Assembly (NCBI GenBank): GCA_964485935.1
Contig: CAZALG010000001.1
Location: 1 to 52,428, forward strand
Reading direction: 5' to 3'
Length of the DNA: 52,428 nucleotides
From: an uncultured bacterium
Lineage (GTDB): Bacteria; Hydrothermota; UBA3072
Positions 8,063 to 17,293 of the stretch are shown here, piece by piece; the stretch's first letter is position 1; every line of letters starts with the position of its first letter. The notes beneath the pieces are model-generated. The model worked only from the letters and a program-made list of their open reading frames with translations, was not told the DNA's origin and did not search any database. Made by a program: the position numbers and the translations under genes.

Positions 8063-8299
8063 CTATTCTTGTATTTTACTCTCTATGTATTTCACGGCAT
8101 CTCCGACAGTTCTAAGATCCATTGTTTCTTCATCCGGAAACTCCATATTAAACTCTTCTTCGAGTGCCTGTAGTAGTACAACATAGCCAAGGCTATCTAC
8201 TCCAAGGTCGTCCGCAAAAGAGCTTTTTGGCAAAATTTCCGTTGTCTTTACATCAAATTCTTTCGCCAAAACTATTTTTATTCTCTCAAATACTGATAT
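8063..8299 (-). CDS. Acyl carrier protein, apparently starting at a non-canonical ATA codon
   Basis: DLGVDSLGYVVLLQALEEEF contains the phosphopantetheine Ser motif. The listed ORF starts at TTG 8269, but the in-frame upstream codons encode ISVFERIKIV, which matches the conserved ACP N-terminus. GGAGGAG (8304..8310) sits 4 nt upstream of ATA 8299. No ATG, GTG or TTG lies between the upstream in-frame TAA and TTG 8269. Confidence 0.7.
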   Translation of the reverse strand: MSVFERIKIVLAKEFDVKTTEILPKSSFADDLGVDSLGYVVLLQALEEEFNMEFPDEETMDLRTVGDAVKYIESKIQE

Positions 8300-8309
8300 G
8301 GTTCTCCTC

Positions 8310-8927
8310 CTATAATGTATCCGAGTTTAGTAGTATTTTTATCTCGTCCATTATTTTCTCGGTTACTATTTTTAATGTTTCTTTATTATAAGGCTTGCCA
8401 TAATATTCATCAAAATAAAGTGGCTTTCCAAATTTGAGTATTACTTTATGCGGTCGGGGAAACCTTTGCCCTTTTGACATAACATTGAAAGAACCAATTA
8501 TCGCTACAGGAACAACAGCTGCTTTTGCCTGCAAAGCAATAAATGCTGTCCCTGCTTTTGGCTCCTGTAAAGAGCCGTCTAAGCTCACCGTTCCTTCAGG
8601 ATACATATCGATTACATGGCCATCTTTGAGGATTTTAATAGCAGTTCGGATGGCTTCTCTGTCAAACTCTTCTCTTCTTACGGGGAAAGCGTTCAACTTT
8701 CTAAAGATGAATCCCGCAAAGCGTTTTCTGAATAGTTCTTCTTTGCCCATTGTATGGAGTTGTCTGTTGATCGCAGCTCCCAGAATAAACGAATCCAGAT
8801 CACTGGGATGGTTTGGCGCCAGGATTACGCCGCCTTCTTCCGGAATGTTTTCAACGCTAATAGCTTGTAATCTAATATAGATTATTGCTATTACACGCAA
8901 GATTGAATGTGTGATTGAATAAAACAT
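8310..8927 (-). CDS. plsC: 1-acyl-sn-glycerol-3-phosphate acyltransferase family (LPLAT/PlsC-like)
   Basis: NHPSDLDS (HX4D catalytic motif) and YPEGTVS (EGT motif) in a 205-aa protein. Its stop codon TAG overlaps the SD of the downstream ACP gene. Confidence 0.75.
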   Translation of the reverse strand: MFYSITHSILRVIAIIYIRLQAISVENIPEEGGVILAPNHPSDLDSFILGAAINRQLHTMGKEELFRKRFAGFIFRKLNAFPVRREEFDREAIRTAIKILKDGHVIDMYPEGTVSLDGSLQEPKAGTAFIALQAKAAVVPVAIIGSFNVMSKGQRFPRPHKVILKFGKPLYFDEYYGKPYNKETLKIVTEKIMDEIKILLNSDTL

Positions 8928-9053
8928 CTATATACTAATGGGTATATATGAAAGCAAATAGCCGGAACTTAAGGCTAAAGCCGTAAATGTTATAATGTAT
9001 GATATTTCTTTTATTTTTCCTATTTTTTCTCCCCTTGAAGTACTCTTGCACAT
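8928..9053 (-). CDS. 41-aa single-TM micro-ORF translationally abutting plsC (not in the ORF track)
   Basis: AGGAG (9061..9065 complement) lies 7 nt before the ATG at 9053. The product is MCKSTSRGEKIGKIKEISYIITFTALALSSGYLLSYIPISI. Its TAG is immediately followed by the plsC ATG. Confidence 0.4.
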   Translation of the reverse strand: MCKSTSRGEKIGKIKEISYIITFTALALSSGYLLSYIPISI

Positions 9054-9094
9054 AGCAGGTCTCCTGATTTATGGCCGAGCCACTTACCACTTAA

Positions 9095-9122
9095 ATGATA
9101 TTGTGTCGTTATCAAAAGTCAA
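9095..9122 (-). promoter_or_regulatory. Sigma70-like promoter TTGACT-16-TATCAT for the micro-ORF/plsC/ACP unit
   Basis: Complement of 9117..9122 is TTGACT, preceded by CCC. Complement of 9095..9100 is TATCAT. Confidence 0.45.
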
Positions 9123-9201
9123 GGGTTTTTGCCTGGGATCCAGATAAGAAAAGGATTAGAGAACAAGATATTGGTGGTATGTGATAGGCGATAAGTGTTT
9201 T

Positions 9202-9317
9202 GGCTAAATCCTAACTCCTAAATCCAAAATCCTAAAAAGGAACGCAGATAGACGCAGATTATTCCTGTCGAAAGCCCAATGTCCTAAGTCCAATGTCAAA
9301 AATTCAAAAATCAAGAC
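9202..9317. repeat. Short-period degenerate tandem tracts (TCCTAAA-type x5, a 10-nt ACGCAGAT repeat x2, CCAATGT/CCTAAGT/CAAAAAT-type x6)
   Basis: ggctaaa tcctaac tcctaaa tccaaaa tcctaaa at 9202..9236. aCGCAGATagaCGCAGATt at 9242..9260. ccaatgt cctaagt ccaatgt caaaaat tcaaaaa tcaagac at 9276..9317. Confidence 0.75.
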
Positions 9318-9566
9318 CTGACCCCTCTATAGACATTTTAATATTAAAATTCGATCTATTTTTTGAGTTGACATTTCAGCATCTGGCAATTCCCAACCTC
9401 CCATCCCAATAAATTTTTCCCAAACAACTTGATTTTATTACGATATTCATACGGTGCGTAGCACCGAGTCATGAGTCAATAGTCAAAAATTCAAAAAAGA
9501 AGACCTGACCCTTCTATATGACCCTTCTATACTTCTATACTCTTAAAGCTACACTATAACAGCCAT

Positions 9567-12500
9567 TTATTTTTTAATAGCAAAAATTCTACTACCTGAA
9601 GATACTGCAATAATTAAATCATTGTATTCACCGATATAAGAAGATCCCACTCTGTGTCCCAGGTCACAATGCCAAAGAGTAACACCATTTCTCAGATTAT
9701 ATGCAGAAATTCCTTCGTGATTGGTAGAGGTATATAAAACGTCTTCGGATCTAATTACTGGCGAAGAAATACCAATATCATTTAATTTCCATTCCGTGGA
9801 TAAATCTTTATTTAAGCATAATAACAAATTATCTGAAGATTTGAAAACAAAATATTCTTCTGTTATTACTGGAGAAATATATATTGGAGTTTTTATATCT
9901 ACCTTTTCTACTATATTTCCACTTTCAGGATCGATCTTCAAAATATTATTCCAGCTTGTGTAATATATAAAATCCCGAGAAAATAAGGGGGGAGCTTTTC
10001 TTGAATTCGAAGGAAAGGAATAAAAGCGTTTATTTTCCCAAATAGTTTTACCATCCTTTGAGCAACATACTAATCCACTCCTACCCAAAACCCATATTTT
10101 TTCTCCATCTGCGTGTATCCACTGGCAGGTGCGTCCTCGTCTTTCTATGGAAATACAATTTTCTACCCTCATGCTGTAACTATCAAAAATTAGTATGCTA
10201 TCTTTTGTTAGAAAATAAACTTCATTTTCTCTGACAAATATATCTAATGCTTTAAACGGTAAAGTTTTTATAAATTCGCCGTTTAAGAGATTATGTATTT
10301 TTACATCTCCGTTAGAAGTAAAAACTTTACCTCCACTAACAGCCGGTCTTATTTTTGGCTTTTCCAGCATAAATCTCTTTCTCCAGATAACTTCACCTTT
10401 TTCTAAATCGCAACAACTTAATGCCCCATCGTACTGAGGTATTAACAGATAATTCTCATAGATAACAGGGAAAACTTCTGCATAAATAGTTTTCTTGATT
10501 GAAGTACTCCAGATTATTTCTCCAGCTGCAGCCTCTTGAATTTTCTTGTGATAATAGGTCGATTGTTTCTTATCGGTCGGCGTATATTCATCAACACCAT
10601 TATAATCGTCGGCATGAGTTATAAAGACTCTTGTTCTAGCCCCACCATCAAAAGTTTCTTCTTTTCTATAACTCAGCTCCTCTTCTGCCTTATCTCTTTT
10701 TTCTATTTTTTCTGTATATATTTTTGGATAAGAAAAGGTATACCGTTTTAAACCACAAATCCCTCCAGTTAAAAGATTCCCCTTATTATCTATATCAAAA
10801 CATCCGCTTCTTATACAGAAAGCATCTATATCAAAATACAGCCTATCGTTGTCAAATGTGCTAAATTTTTCTGTCTGTAGATGCAAATTTCCTATAGGAA
10901 AATTAGCTATTTGATACCACACATCATTAGAAAAGCCCTTTTCAACCCTTAAAATTTGAGCTCGAGTATTGCTTAAAATCTCTTTGAAATAACCATTTTT
11001 GTAATGCAATAAGCCAATGTCGGTACCTATTACCAATTCTCCCTGGTTAATGGGCGCCATATTGAACACCTGATTATCGGGAATAGTACTAGGAAAAATA
11101 ATCTCTTCCCAACTTCCACCATCCCTTCTGAATAATCTACGAGGTCCTCCCACCCATACATTCTTGCCATCAAAGACAACCGATTTTAAATCTCCAGTTA
11201 ATCCATCTTCTCTGCAGTATGTGTTCCATAATCCTGCCGAACATTGTGCTATCATTGCATCGGACACTATCCAGGCATCTCCATTATTATCCACTGCAAT
11301 TTCTGTATTTTTGTAGCTTACTTCACACCCGGAAGGGAGATACGCAAATTCTCTATCGAAATTAGAATCAAATATTATTAGTCTTTCGGAAGTAAGGACA
11401 AAAATATTTCCTCCAGTTTTTCCGGCTATATCTATAACTCTTTCCCCAGGATATGAGCGCCAACCGAGTCCGTCAAATATTGAAAGTCCTTTTGTAGTAC
11501 CAATATACCATTTCTCGCCAAAATAACGTATTACTGTAATTTTATCAGAGAGAAGACCTGGCGGCAAAATTTCTTCTATCGCATTACTTTCAATATCAAT
11601 CCTGTATACCTTCTCTAGGGTAACCCAGTATATTCGACCTTTTCTATCCATACTAATATTCCGAGGTTTAACCGACATTCTCTTCATTTGATAAATTTCT
11701 ATTTTATTCCAATCACTCCCGTCAAAACTGCAGAATCCTGTTTCTCCACTTGTAGAATCTTTATAATAACCCCAGATATTGCCAAGAGAATCTTCGAATA
11801 AATTTAGTATATTTTCTGAGATATAGTTAATCTGAAACTCACCATCAGAAAGAAGAAAACTCCCTTTTAGCCCGGAAGTTGCATTCTTGAAAATGCCATA
11901 TACGTCTTTATTTCTTGTGGTATACAATAAATCGATCTTACTTTCAGCTAAAGTTTCCGGGATGTGTCTATTAGAAAAGCTCCTCCCATCGCTTAAAAAC
12001 AAACCATCCTCAGTCGCTACTAAAATTCTCTTACCATCAAACGGCGCAATTGCTTTTGCTCTTCCCGGTGTTTGAACTTTTTTCCAGGAACCTTCAGATC
12101 CTGAATAAATGTAATTATCTTCAACAAGAAGCCATATCTTTCTTCTTTCATCAACCAGGACATCTAAATACTCACAGTTTAAATCCGGAGTTGAATTTAA
12201 AGAAAGGGTACTATCTCTGTAGATAAAAAGCCTCCCTTTTCCCCACAAAAGAACCCCTCCACTGGTCGCCTTCAGATTTGGAGTTTCTACAGTGATATTA
12301 GTGCACCAGTTTTTAAAGTCATATAAAGCTACACTTATTGAATCAGAAACCCAAAAATTACCTTCGTAATCTACCAATATGCTGCCTTCAAAAGGAAAGG
12401 GAATTTCTACTTGATCGAGAGTAGGATATGGAGTAGTTTTTAGAATTTTCCCTTCCTTGTATGCAGTTTCACTTTTTATTTTTATAACAGGCGGGTATTT

Positions 12501-12614
12501 CTTACTGGTCTTTTTCGTTACAACATTTCTTACCCTACTTAAAGCGACAAATAATATAAGAAACGATACCACTATAATTGTTATTGGAACCAAATACTTT
12601 CTACGCTTTCTCAT
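9567..12614 (-). CDS. Membrane-anchored repeat protein: N-terminal TM helix, two-component-regulator-propeller-like repeats, C-terminal PQQ/BamB-like beta-propeller
   Basis: TM segment YLVPITIIVVSFLILFVAL. Repeats such as WYIGTTKGLSIFDGLGW, VWVGGPRRLFRRDGGSW and LVIGTDIGLLHYKNGYF. The C-terminal third carries GEVIWRKRF, GKTIWENKRF and GVTLWHCDLG, which are PQQ-like blades. Confidence 0.55.
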   Translation of the reverse strand: MRKRRKYLVPITIIVVSFLILFVALSRVRNVVTKKTSKKYPPVIKIKSETAYKEGKILKTTPYPTLDQVEIPFPFEGSILVDYEGNFWVSDSISVALYDFKNWCTNITVETPNLKATSGGVLLWGKGRLFIYRDSTLSLNSTPDLNCEYLDVLVDERRKIWLLVEDNYIYSGSEGSWKKVQTPGRAKAIAPFDGKRILVATEDGLFLSDGRSFSNRHIPETLAESKIDLLYTTRNKDVYGIFKNATSGLKGSFLLSDGEFQINYISENILNLFEDSLGNIWGYYKDSTSGETGFCSFDGSDWNKIEIYQMKRMSVKPRNISMDRKGRIYWVTLEKVYRIDIESNAIEEILPPGLLSDKITVIRYFGEKWYIGTTKGLSIFDGLGWRSYPGERVIDIAGKTGGNIFVLTSERLIIFDSNFDREFAYLPSGCEVSYKNTEIAVDNNGDAWIVSDAMIAQCSAGLWNTYCREDGLTGDLKSVVFDGKNVWVGGPRRLFRRDGGSWEEIIFPSTIPDNQVFNMAPINQGELVIGTDIGLLHYKNGYFKEILSNTRAQILRVEKGFSNDVWYQIANFPIGNLHLQTEKFSTFDNDRLYFDIDAFCIRSGCFDIDNKGNLLTGGICGLKRYTFSYPKIYTEKIEKRDKAEEELSYRKEETFDGGARTRVFITHADDYNGVDEYTPTDKKQSTYYHKKIQEAAAGEIIWSTSIKKTIYAEVFPVIYENYLLIPQYDGALSCCDLEKGEVIWRKRFMLEKPKIRPAVSGGKVFTSNGDVKIHNLLNGEFIKTLPFKALDIFVRENEVYFLTKDSILIFDSYSMRVENCISIERRGRTCQWIHADGEKIWVLGRSGLVCCSKDGKTIWENKRFYSFPSNSRKAPPLFSRDFIYYTSWNNILKIDPESGNIVEKVDIKTPIYISPVITEEYFVFKSSDNLLLCLNKDLSTEWKLNDIGISSPVIRSEDVLYTSTNHEGISAYNLRNGVTLWHCDLGHRVGSSYIGEYNDLIIAVSSGSRIFAIKK

Positions 12615-12703
12615 AATTTGTCCTTTTGTAAGTTATACTTTCTTAATTTTAAAATATTAATAGTATATCCTCTTTTTTATAAAAAACACTTAAACGCATA
12701 TCT

Positions 12704-13303
12704 TTATCTCTGTGGTTCCCAGATATACTTTCCTAAAGTGTCTATATAACCTGCCATACCGTTGATTTCTACTCTGGCTATTCCATTATCGAAAGCCCAT
12801 ACCTGGTCAAACTTAGGTTTTATAGCTATATCTCCCTTTGCATTGATAAATCCCCACTTACCTTTAATTCTTATTTGTGCATACCCGTCTCTAAACTGGC
12901 TTATACCTCCCGCAGATATTGGTTCTATTATATAATTACCGGTAGTATCTATAAATCCATACTTATCTCCAATTTTAACTAATCCTTTGCCTTCTGTAAA
13001 TCCACCAGCCCAATCATATATTGTATCTATAACAAGCTTACCGGTTGTATCTATATATCCGTACTTACCTCTCCAGTTTTTACTAAAGATAACCGGGGCT
13101 AAACCTTCACTGAATTTCCACGCATACCCGAACTTTGGCTCTATAACCAGTTCCCCTTCTCTGTTAATAAATCCATATTTTCCATCTATTAATACCGGTA
13201 AAATAATGTTTTTGTTTTTTTCTGTAATTTTAACCTCTTTTTCTCTACATGAAAATATGAGCAAAGTTAACAAACATACTAAAAACACCTTTAATTTCTT
13301 CAT
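12704..13303 (-). CDS. WG-repeat (KWG-type) lipoprotein
   Basis: Signal plus lipobox (LLIFSC) and repeated GKYGFI(N/D)..G..VI(E/D)PK(F/Y)D.A..F..G.A units. SD GGAGG. Confidence 0.7.
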   Translation of the reverse strand: MKKLKVFLVCLLTLLIFSCREKEVKITEKNKNIILPVLIDGKYGFINREGELVIEPKFGYAWKFSEGLAPVIFSKNWRGKYGYIDTTGKLVIDTIYDWAGGFTEGKGLVKIGDKYGFIDTTGNYIIEPISAGGISQFRDGYAQIRIKGKWGFINAKGDIAIKPKFDQVWAFDNGIARVEINGMAGYIDTLGKYIWEPQR

Positions 13304-13353
13304 TTATCCTCCGTTAATATCATAAAATGAGTATTTTCATGTGTTTATTATGT

Positions 13354-13821
13354 TCATTTTGTGGGTTCCCAGATATACTTTCCCAATGTATCAATATAAC
13401 CCCAGCGGTCTCCAACTTTTACCTTGGCTAAACCGTCCGAAAAGTCATAAGCGTAATTAAACCTCGCTTCTATTACAATTTCTCCCTTTTTATTTATGAA
13501 CCCCCATCTTTGCTTTACTTCTTTATAAAACTGCATTCTCCCTTCGGAAAACTGCCACCCAAGACGGTCGAATTTTATCGGTATTACAATATCTCCCTTT
13601 TTATTCACACAACCATACCTGTTGGTCTTCCCTACCATAGCCAGACCTTCTCTGAATTTCCAGGCATAGTCAAATTTTGGTTCTATCACTATTTTACCCT
13701 TTTTATTTATGAATCCATACTTTCCGTTTTTGGATACAGGAAACAAAGCTTGCTCCTCTTTTTTACAGCCTATTAATAAAAGGAAAAGAACTCCCGATAA
13801 GAAAATGGTTTTTTGAAACAT
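13354..13821 (-). CDS. WG-repeat (KWG-type) lipoprotein, tandem paralog of 12704..13303
   Basis: Same repeat units. Both proteins end in GYIDTLGKYIWEP. Lipobox LLIGC and SD AGGAGG. Confidence 0.7.
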   Translation of the reverse strand: MFQKTIFLSGVLFLLLIGCKKEEQALFPVSKNGKYGFINKKGKIVIEPKFDYAWKFREGLAMVGKTNRYGCVNKKGDIVIPIKFDRLGWQFSEGRMQFYKEVKQRWGFINKKGEIVIEARFNYAYDFSDGLAKVKVGDRWGYIDTLGKYIWEPTK

Positions 13822-14168
13822 ATTAGCCTCCTGTTTTTCCTTAATTTGTTAAAATAGGAACAAATTGGATTTTTAGATAATTCTCAGGGTTAAAGTATTT
13901 TAGCGGTTTCAAAGAAAAATGACAATTATTTTCCCTGGTTAATGTTTTTAGTATGTTTTGAGTTTTGACAGGAAAGGTGTTCAGTTCAGTCATGTTAATA
14001 TTTCTTTTCTTTCTTAAATTTGATTCTTTTCTTTAAAATATTTATAAAATACATCATATTAAACTGCTTATAAAAAGTTAGGAAATATAGCAAATAAGTC
14101 AAGGGGAAAGGGTGTCGTGAGTCAAAAAAAACGACCGATGGCGGCAGGCGGGTAATACACCTCAGTAT

Positions 14169-17100
14169 TTAAAAACCAACCCCGTAGAGAACCAGCGATG
14201 CAAACATATCATGGTATATATTCCTATCGGTATTCGCCCAACCAATTCCAAAATTTAAGAAACTTGTATCAAGATAAAATCCTATTGAAGGCGCGTAATG
14301 GATCGAATTTTCCTCAAACAGAGAAGAAAATGAATCCGATGCACCCGCCACATACGCAGAACCAATAAAATGTATATTCGCCCTTACTCCCAGAACCTGC
14401 ATTTCGACAATAGTCAACCTTGCAGAACCGCCAACTTTAAACATATATTCCTCGATGAACTCATTACGGCTGTAACCAGGAAGGTCTTCATAATCATGCA
14501 GCCTAAGCTGGTAACTCCCGATAGGCGTAATCCCTCCCATACTGTATTTCTGTACAAAAGGAGCTGCCTCGCTGCATCCGCTAAAATATAGCTCCCCTGT
14601 CAGTACAGTCTTGAGCTTATTCTGGAATCTGAATCCTTTTGCGTAAATGCCTTTTAATTTTGCTTTATTCCATAACCTTTCTTCTAAATCAATAGCGGCT
14701 TCAATGCTAATTTTAGTCCCCGATGAAGGAAAAACGTACCGGTCTAGGTTATCACATTGCATCTTAAAAAATCCAATGATAGGACGAGGAAGTAGAGAAT
14801 CATTAAGATATGCCCTATAATAAGACTCTACACCGATACTAAAAGCGAAATCTTTCCTATAAACGGGATAAGACACTTTGCCGAAAAGATATTCATCATA
14901 TTGCATATCATAAAGAGTCGTATCCCTAAGACTCGGATATCTTAACCTTCTGTTACCAAGAGATAAATCGGGCAATAATGACCAAAAAGAAATCCGCAGA
15001 GGAGAACATTTGTTAACGCCTATATTGTAATTATGTCCTTGGATTAACTCTTTGGCTGATTTCAAAGGAAAGTTCTGCCAAAAATTTACATAGAAAGAAC
15101 GATCTCCGAACCCTCTGATGCTCTTTGTTCGGAGCTCAGCAAACAAATTTAGCCCTTCGTCTTTATCCAAAGATAATACCGGGAATTCCAGAGTATGTCC
15201 AGTTTTAGGCCTAACTCTAATACTTAACAAATCTTTCTCCATCCCTTCAACAGAAATCGTTTTAAGCTGATATTTATTATATATCTCTTTGTTCTTCTTT
15301 AAAATTTTCCTCGGAGACAATGGGGGTTTGAATTCCTGCTGTATTGCTTTCTTCATGTCATTATCTTCCTGAAATATTTTAACTCCCTCAAGGTATTTCC
15401 CTCTGTCCCCATGAACAAAGAGCATATCTTTATCCTCAAAAGATGAAAATGCGGCACCGGAAACCAAAGGACCGATATAACCCCTTTCCACATATTCTTT
15501 TTCGACAAGTTCTTTTATTTCATAAAAGTTTAATTTTCTTTTTCCTTTCCGTATAAAACTGTATACTTCTCCGGCAACGAGGGAATCATCATAATCATTG
15601 CCCCCCATTATCATCATCACATTAAGCGGCTCCAAATACTTATCCTTTTCCGTTAAAAAGAACTCGACTTCCAATCCTTCCGTCTCTTTATCTACTCTCG
15701 CTCCTACGTTTTTATAATCACCCGTATTATAAATATTCCTGAGAGCATAACAAACATCATTTCTTTCAATAATACTGCCAACCTTTAACTTCATAGCCCT
15801 TTTTATAGCTCTATTCACCTCATTTTCCAGGGTATCATTGTCTTTTACATGAAATATTTTTATTGAAGACACCTTAAAAACCTCTCTAGAGATATCGAGA
15901 CTATCGATACCATCTTCCTTTTCTGCAATCCCTCTTTTTATGCTATCTATTTGATTCTTTGCCGCATCGTAACCTGTTTTAATCAATTCTCCCAGTTTCT
16001 TTTTATTAAAATCAAAACCTCCTTGGACATCTATATCAATTCGTCCGTCAGCATTGTCCCAGCTATTCCACACATGAAATTCCCTGGCAAGCGAAGAAGT
16101 TTTCCCAAGAACGCCGATACCGAGCAATCCGGACATTACCTCTCCAGTCTCGATCGGCTTATTCCTGGCACCCCTTAATTTAGAAGGGTAAGAGGCAATT
16201 ACGAATATATCTTCACCTTTCTCTTCATCATGTATAGTAATAATAGAATCCGGTTTTCTTATTGGATCGAAATCCTGCAGGAAAGCATCGACGGGGAGGT
16301 TATCAAGAATCCCGCCGTCAACATACTGCACATTCTTTATTATCATCGGCTCGAAAGCCATAGGAAAAGACCCGCTAGCTCTAAGAACAGTAGAAAGAGT
16401 TCCATGTTTTTTTAATGTAGATTTTACATTATTTAAATCTGTCAGCACAGCTCCAAACGGATACTTTAATTTAGAAAAATCAAAACCCGCTCTGTAATCC
16501 GCCTGCAGCGTCTTATCCGCTATTTCATCAGTAAATTTCTGGGCAATTCTTATCCCCGTTCCGGGTTTGTATAAAATAAAAGGACGTTTCCAGGATAAAC
16601 CAACTTCCATAGCAGGAGGTCTTGGCTTATTTCGAATACGTTCCCATATTGGCGTATACATTCTGGGCTGATGGTCATAAAAAAAAGTCTCCCAATCAAT
16701 ATCTTCTTTTACAACCCATTCCAAACTATCTGGAGAATAACCGCTTACGTACAGTCCTCCGATTATCGAACCCATACTGGTACCTGATACACCATCTATC
16801 GGAATATAATTTTCCTCAAGAATCCTCAAAACCCCAATATGAGCAACACCCCTAACTATACCTCCGGCAAGAGCTAACCCCACTTTTACTTTTCTCTGCA
16901 ATCCGGGAACTTCCTCCCACTTTCCACTTTCTATCTTCTGTTCGGCAGAAAAATTTTCCGAACAAAGACTTTTCTCCCAATTTAATGTGGTATACTTATC
17001 ATCGGATTTCAGCCTAAACCAAACCGGAAACTCATCCGAATATAGAGGCAACGAAAATATTATCATTAAAAATAAACACATAACCTTATATAAATTAGAG

Positions 17101-17180
17101 TAGCAACGGTTTTCGATGAATCTTCTTTTTGTCTTTGAAATAATACTTATTTGAAACACTTTATTTTTTCGCGCGGACAT
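14169..17180 (-). CDS. Patatin-like phospholipase fused to a POTRA domain and an Omp85-type C-terminal beta-barrel (PlpD / type Vd secretion-like)
   Basis: GGIVRGVAHIGV (oxyanion GGxR), GTSMGS (GxSxG nucleophile) and VDGGILDN (catalytic Asp). A POTRA-like segment lies around SIKIFHVKDND...YNTGDYKNVGARV. The beta-rich C-terminus ends in ...LVLYGVGF. The exact start is uncertain, since MCLFLMIIFSLPLYS is an alternative signal. Confidence 0.7.
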   Translation of the reverse strand: MSARKNKVFQISIISKTKRRFIENRCYSNLYKVMCLFLMIIFSLPLYSDEFPVWFRLKSDDKYTTLNWEKSLCSENFSAEQKIESGKWEEVPGLQRKVKVGLALAGGIVRGVAHIGVLRILEENYIPIDGVSGTSMGSIIGGLYVSGYSPDSLEWVVKEDIDWETFFYDHQPRMYTPIWERIRNKPRPPAMEVGLSWKRPFILYKPGTGIRIAQKFTDEIADKTLQADYRAGFDFSKLKYPFGAVLTDLNNVKSTLKKHGTLSTVLRASGSFPMAFEPMIIKNVQYVDGGILDNLPVDAFLQDFDPIRKPDSIITIHDEEKGEDIFVIASYPSKLRGARNKPIETGEVMSGLLGIGVLGKTSSLAREFHVWNSWDNADGRIDIDVQGGFDFNKKKLGELIKTGYDAAKNQIDSIKRGIAEKEDGIDSLDISREVFKVSSIKIFHVKDNDTLENEVNRAIKRAMKLKVGSIIERNDVCYALRNIYNTGDYKNVGARVDKETEGLEVEFFLTEKDKYLEPLNVMMIMGGNDYDDSLVAGEVYSFIRKGKRKLNFYEIKELVEKEYVERGYIGPLVSGAAFSSFEDKDMLFVHGDRGKYLEGVKIFQEDNDMKKAIQQEFKPPLSPRKILKKNKEIYNKYQLKTISVEGMEKDLLSIRVRPKTGHTLEFPVLSLDKDEGLNLFAELRTKSIRGFGDRSFYVNFWQNFPLKSAKELIQGHNYNIGVNKCSPLRISFWSLLPDLSLGNRRLRYPSLRDTTLYDMQYDEYLFGKVSYPVYRKDFAFSIGVESYYRAYLNDSLLPRPIIGFFKMQCDNLDRYVFPSSGTKISIEAAIDLEERLWNKAKLKGIYAKGFRFQNKLKTVLTGELYFSGCSEAAPFVQKYSMGGITPIGSYQLRLHDYEDLPGYSRNEFIEEYMFKVGGSARLTIVEMQVLGVRANIHFIGSAYVAGASDSFSSLFEENSIHYAPSIGFYLDTSFLNFGIGWANTDRNIYHDMFASLVLYGVGF

Positions 17181-17293
17181 TATTTTCCCTCCCTTTTAAT
17201 TTTTTATAGTACTATTATATAAAAATATAGAATATATTTGTAAAATTTAGTAATATTTACTATTTTGTCAAGAGGGCGTGTAGCTCCGAACCA

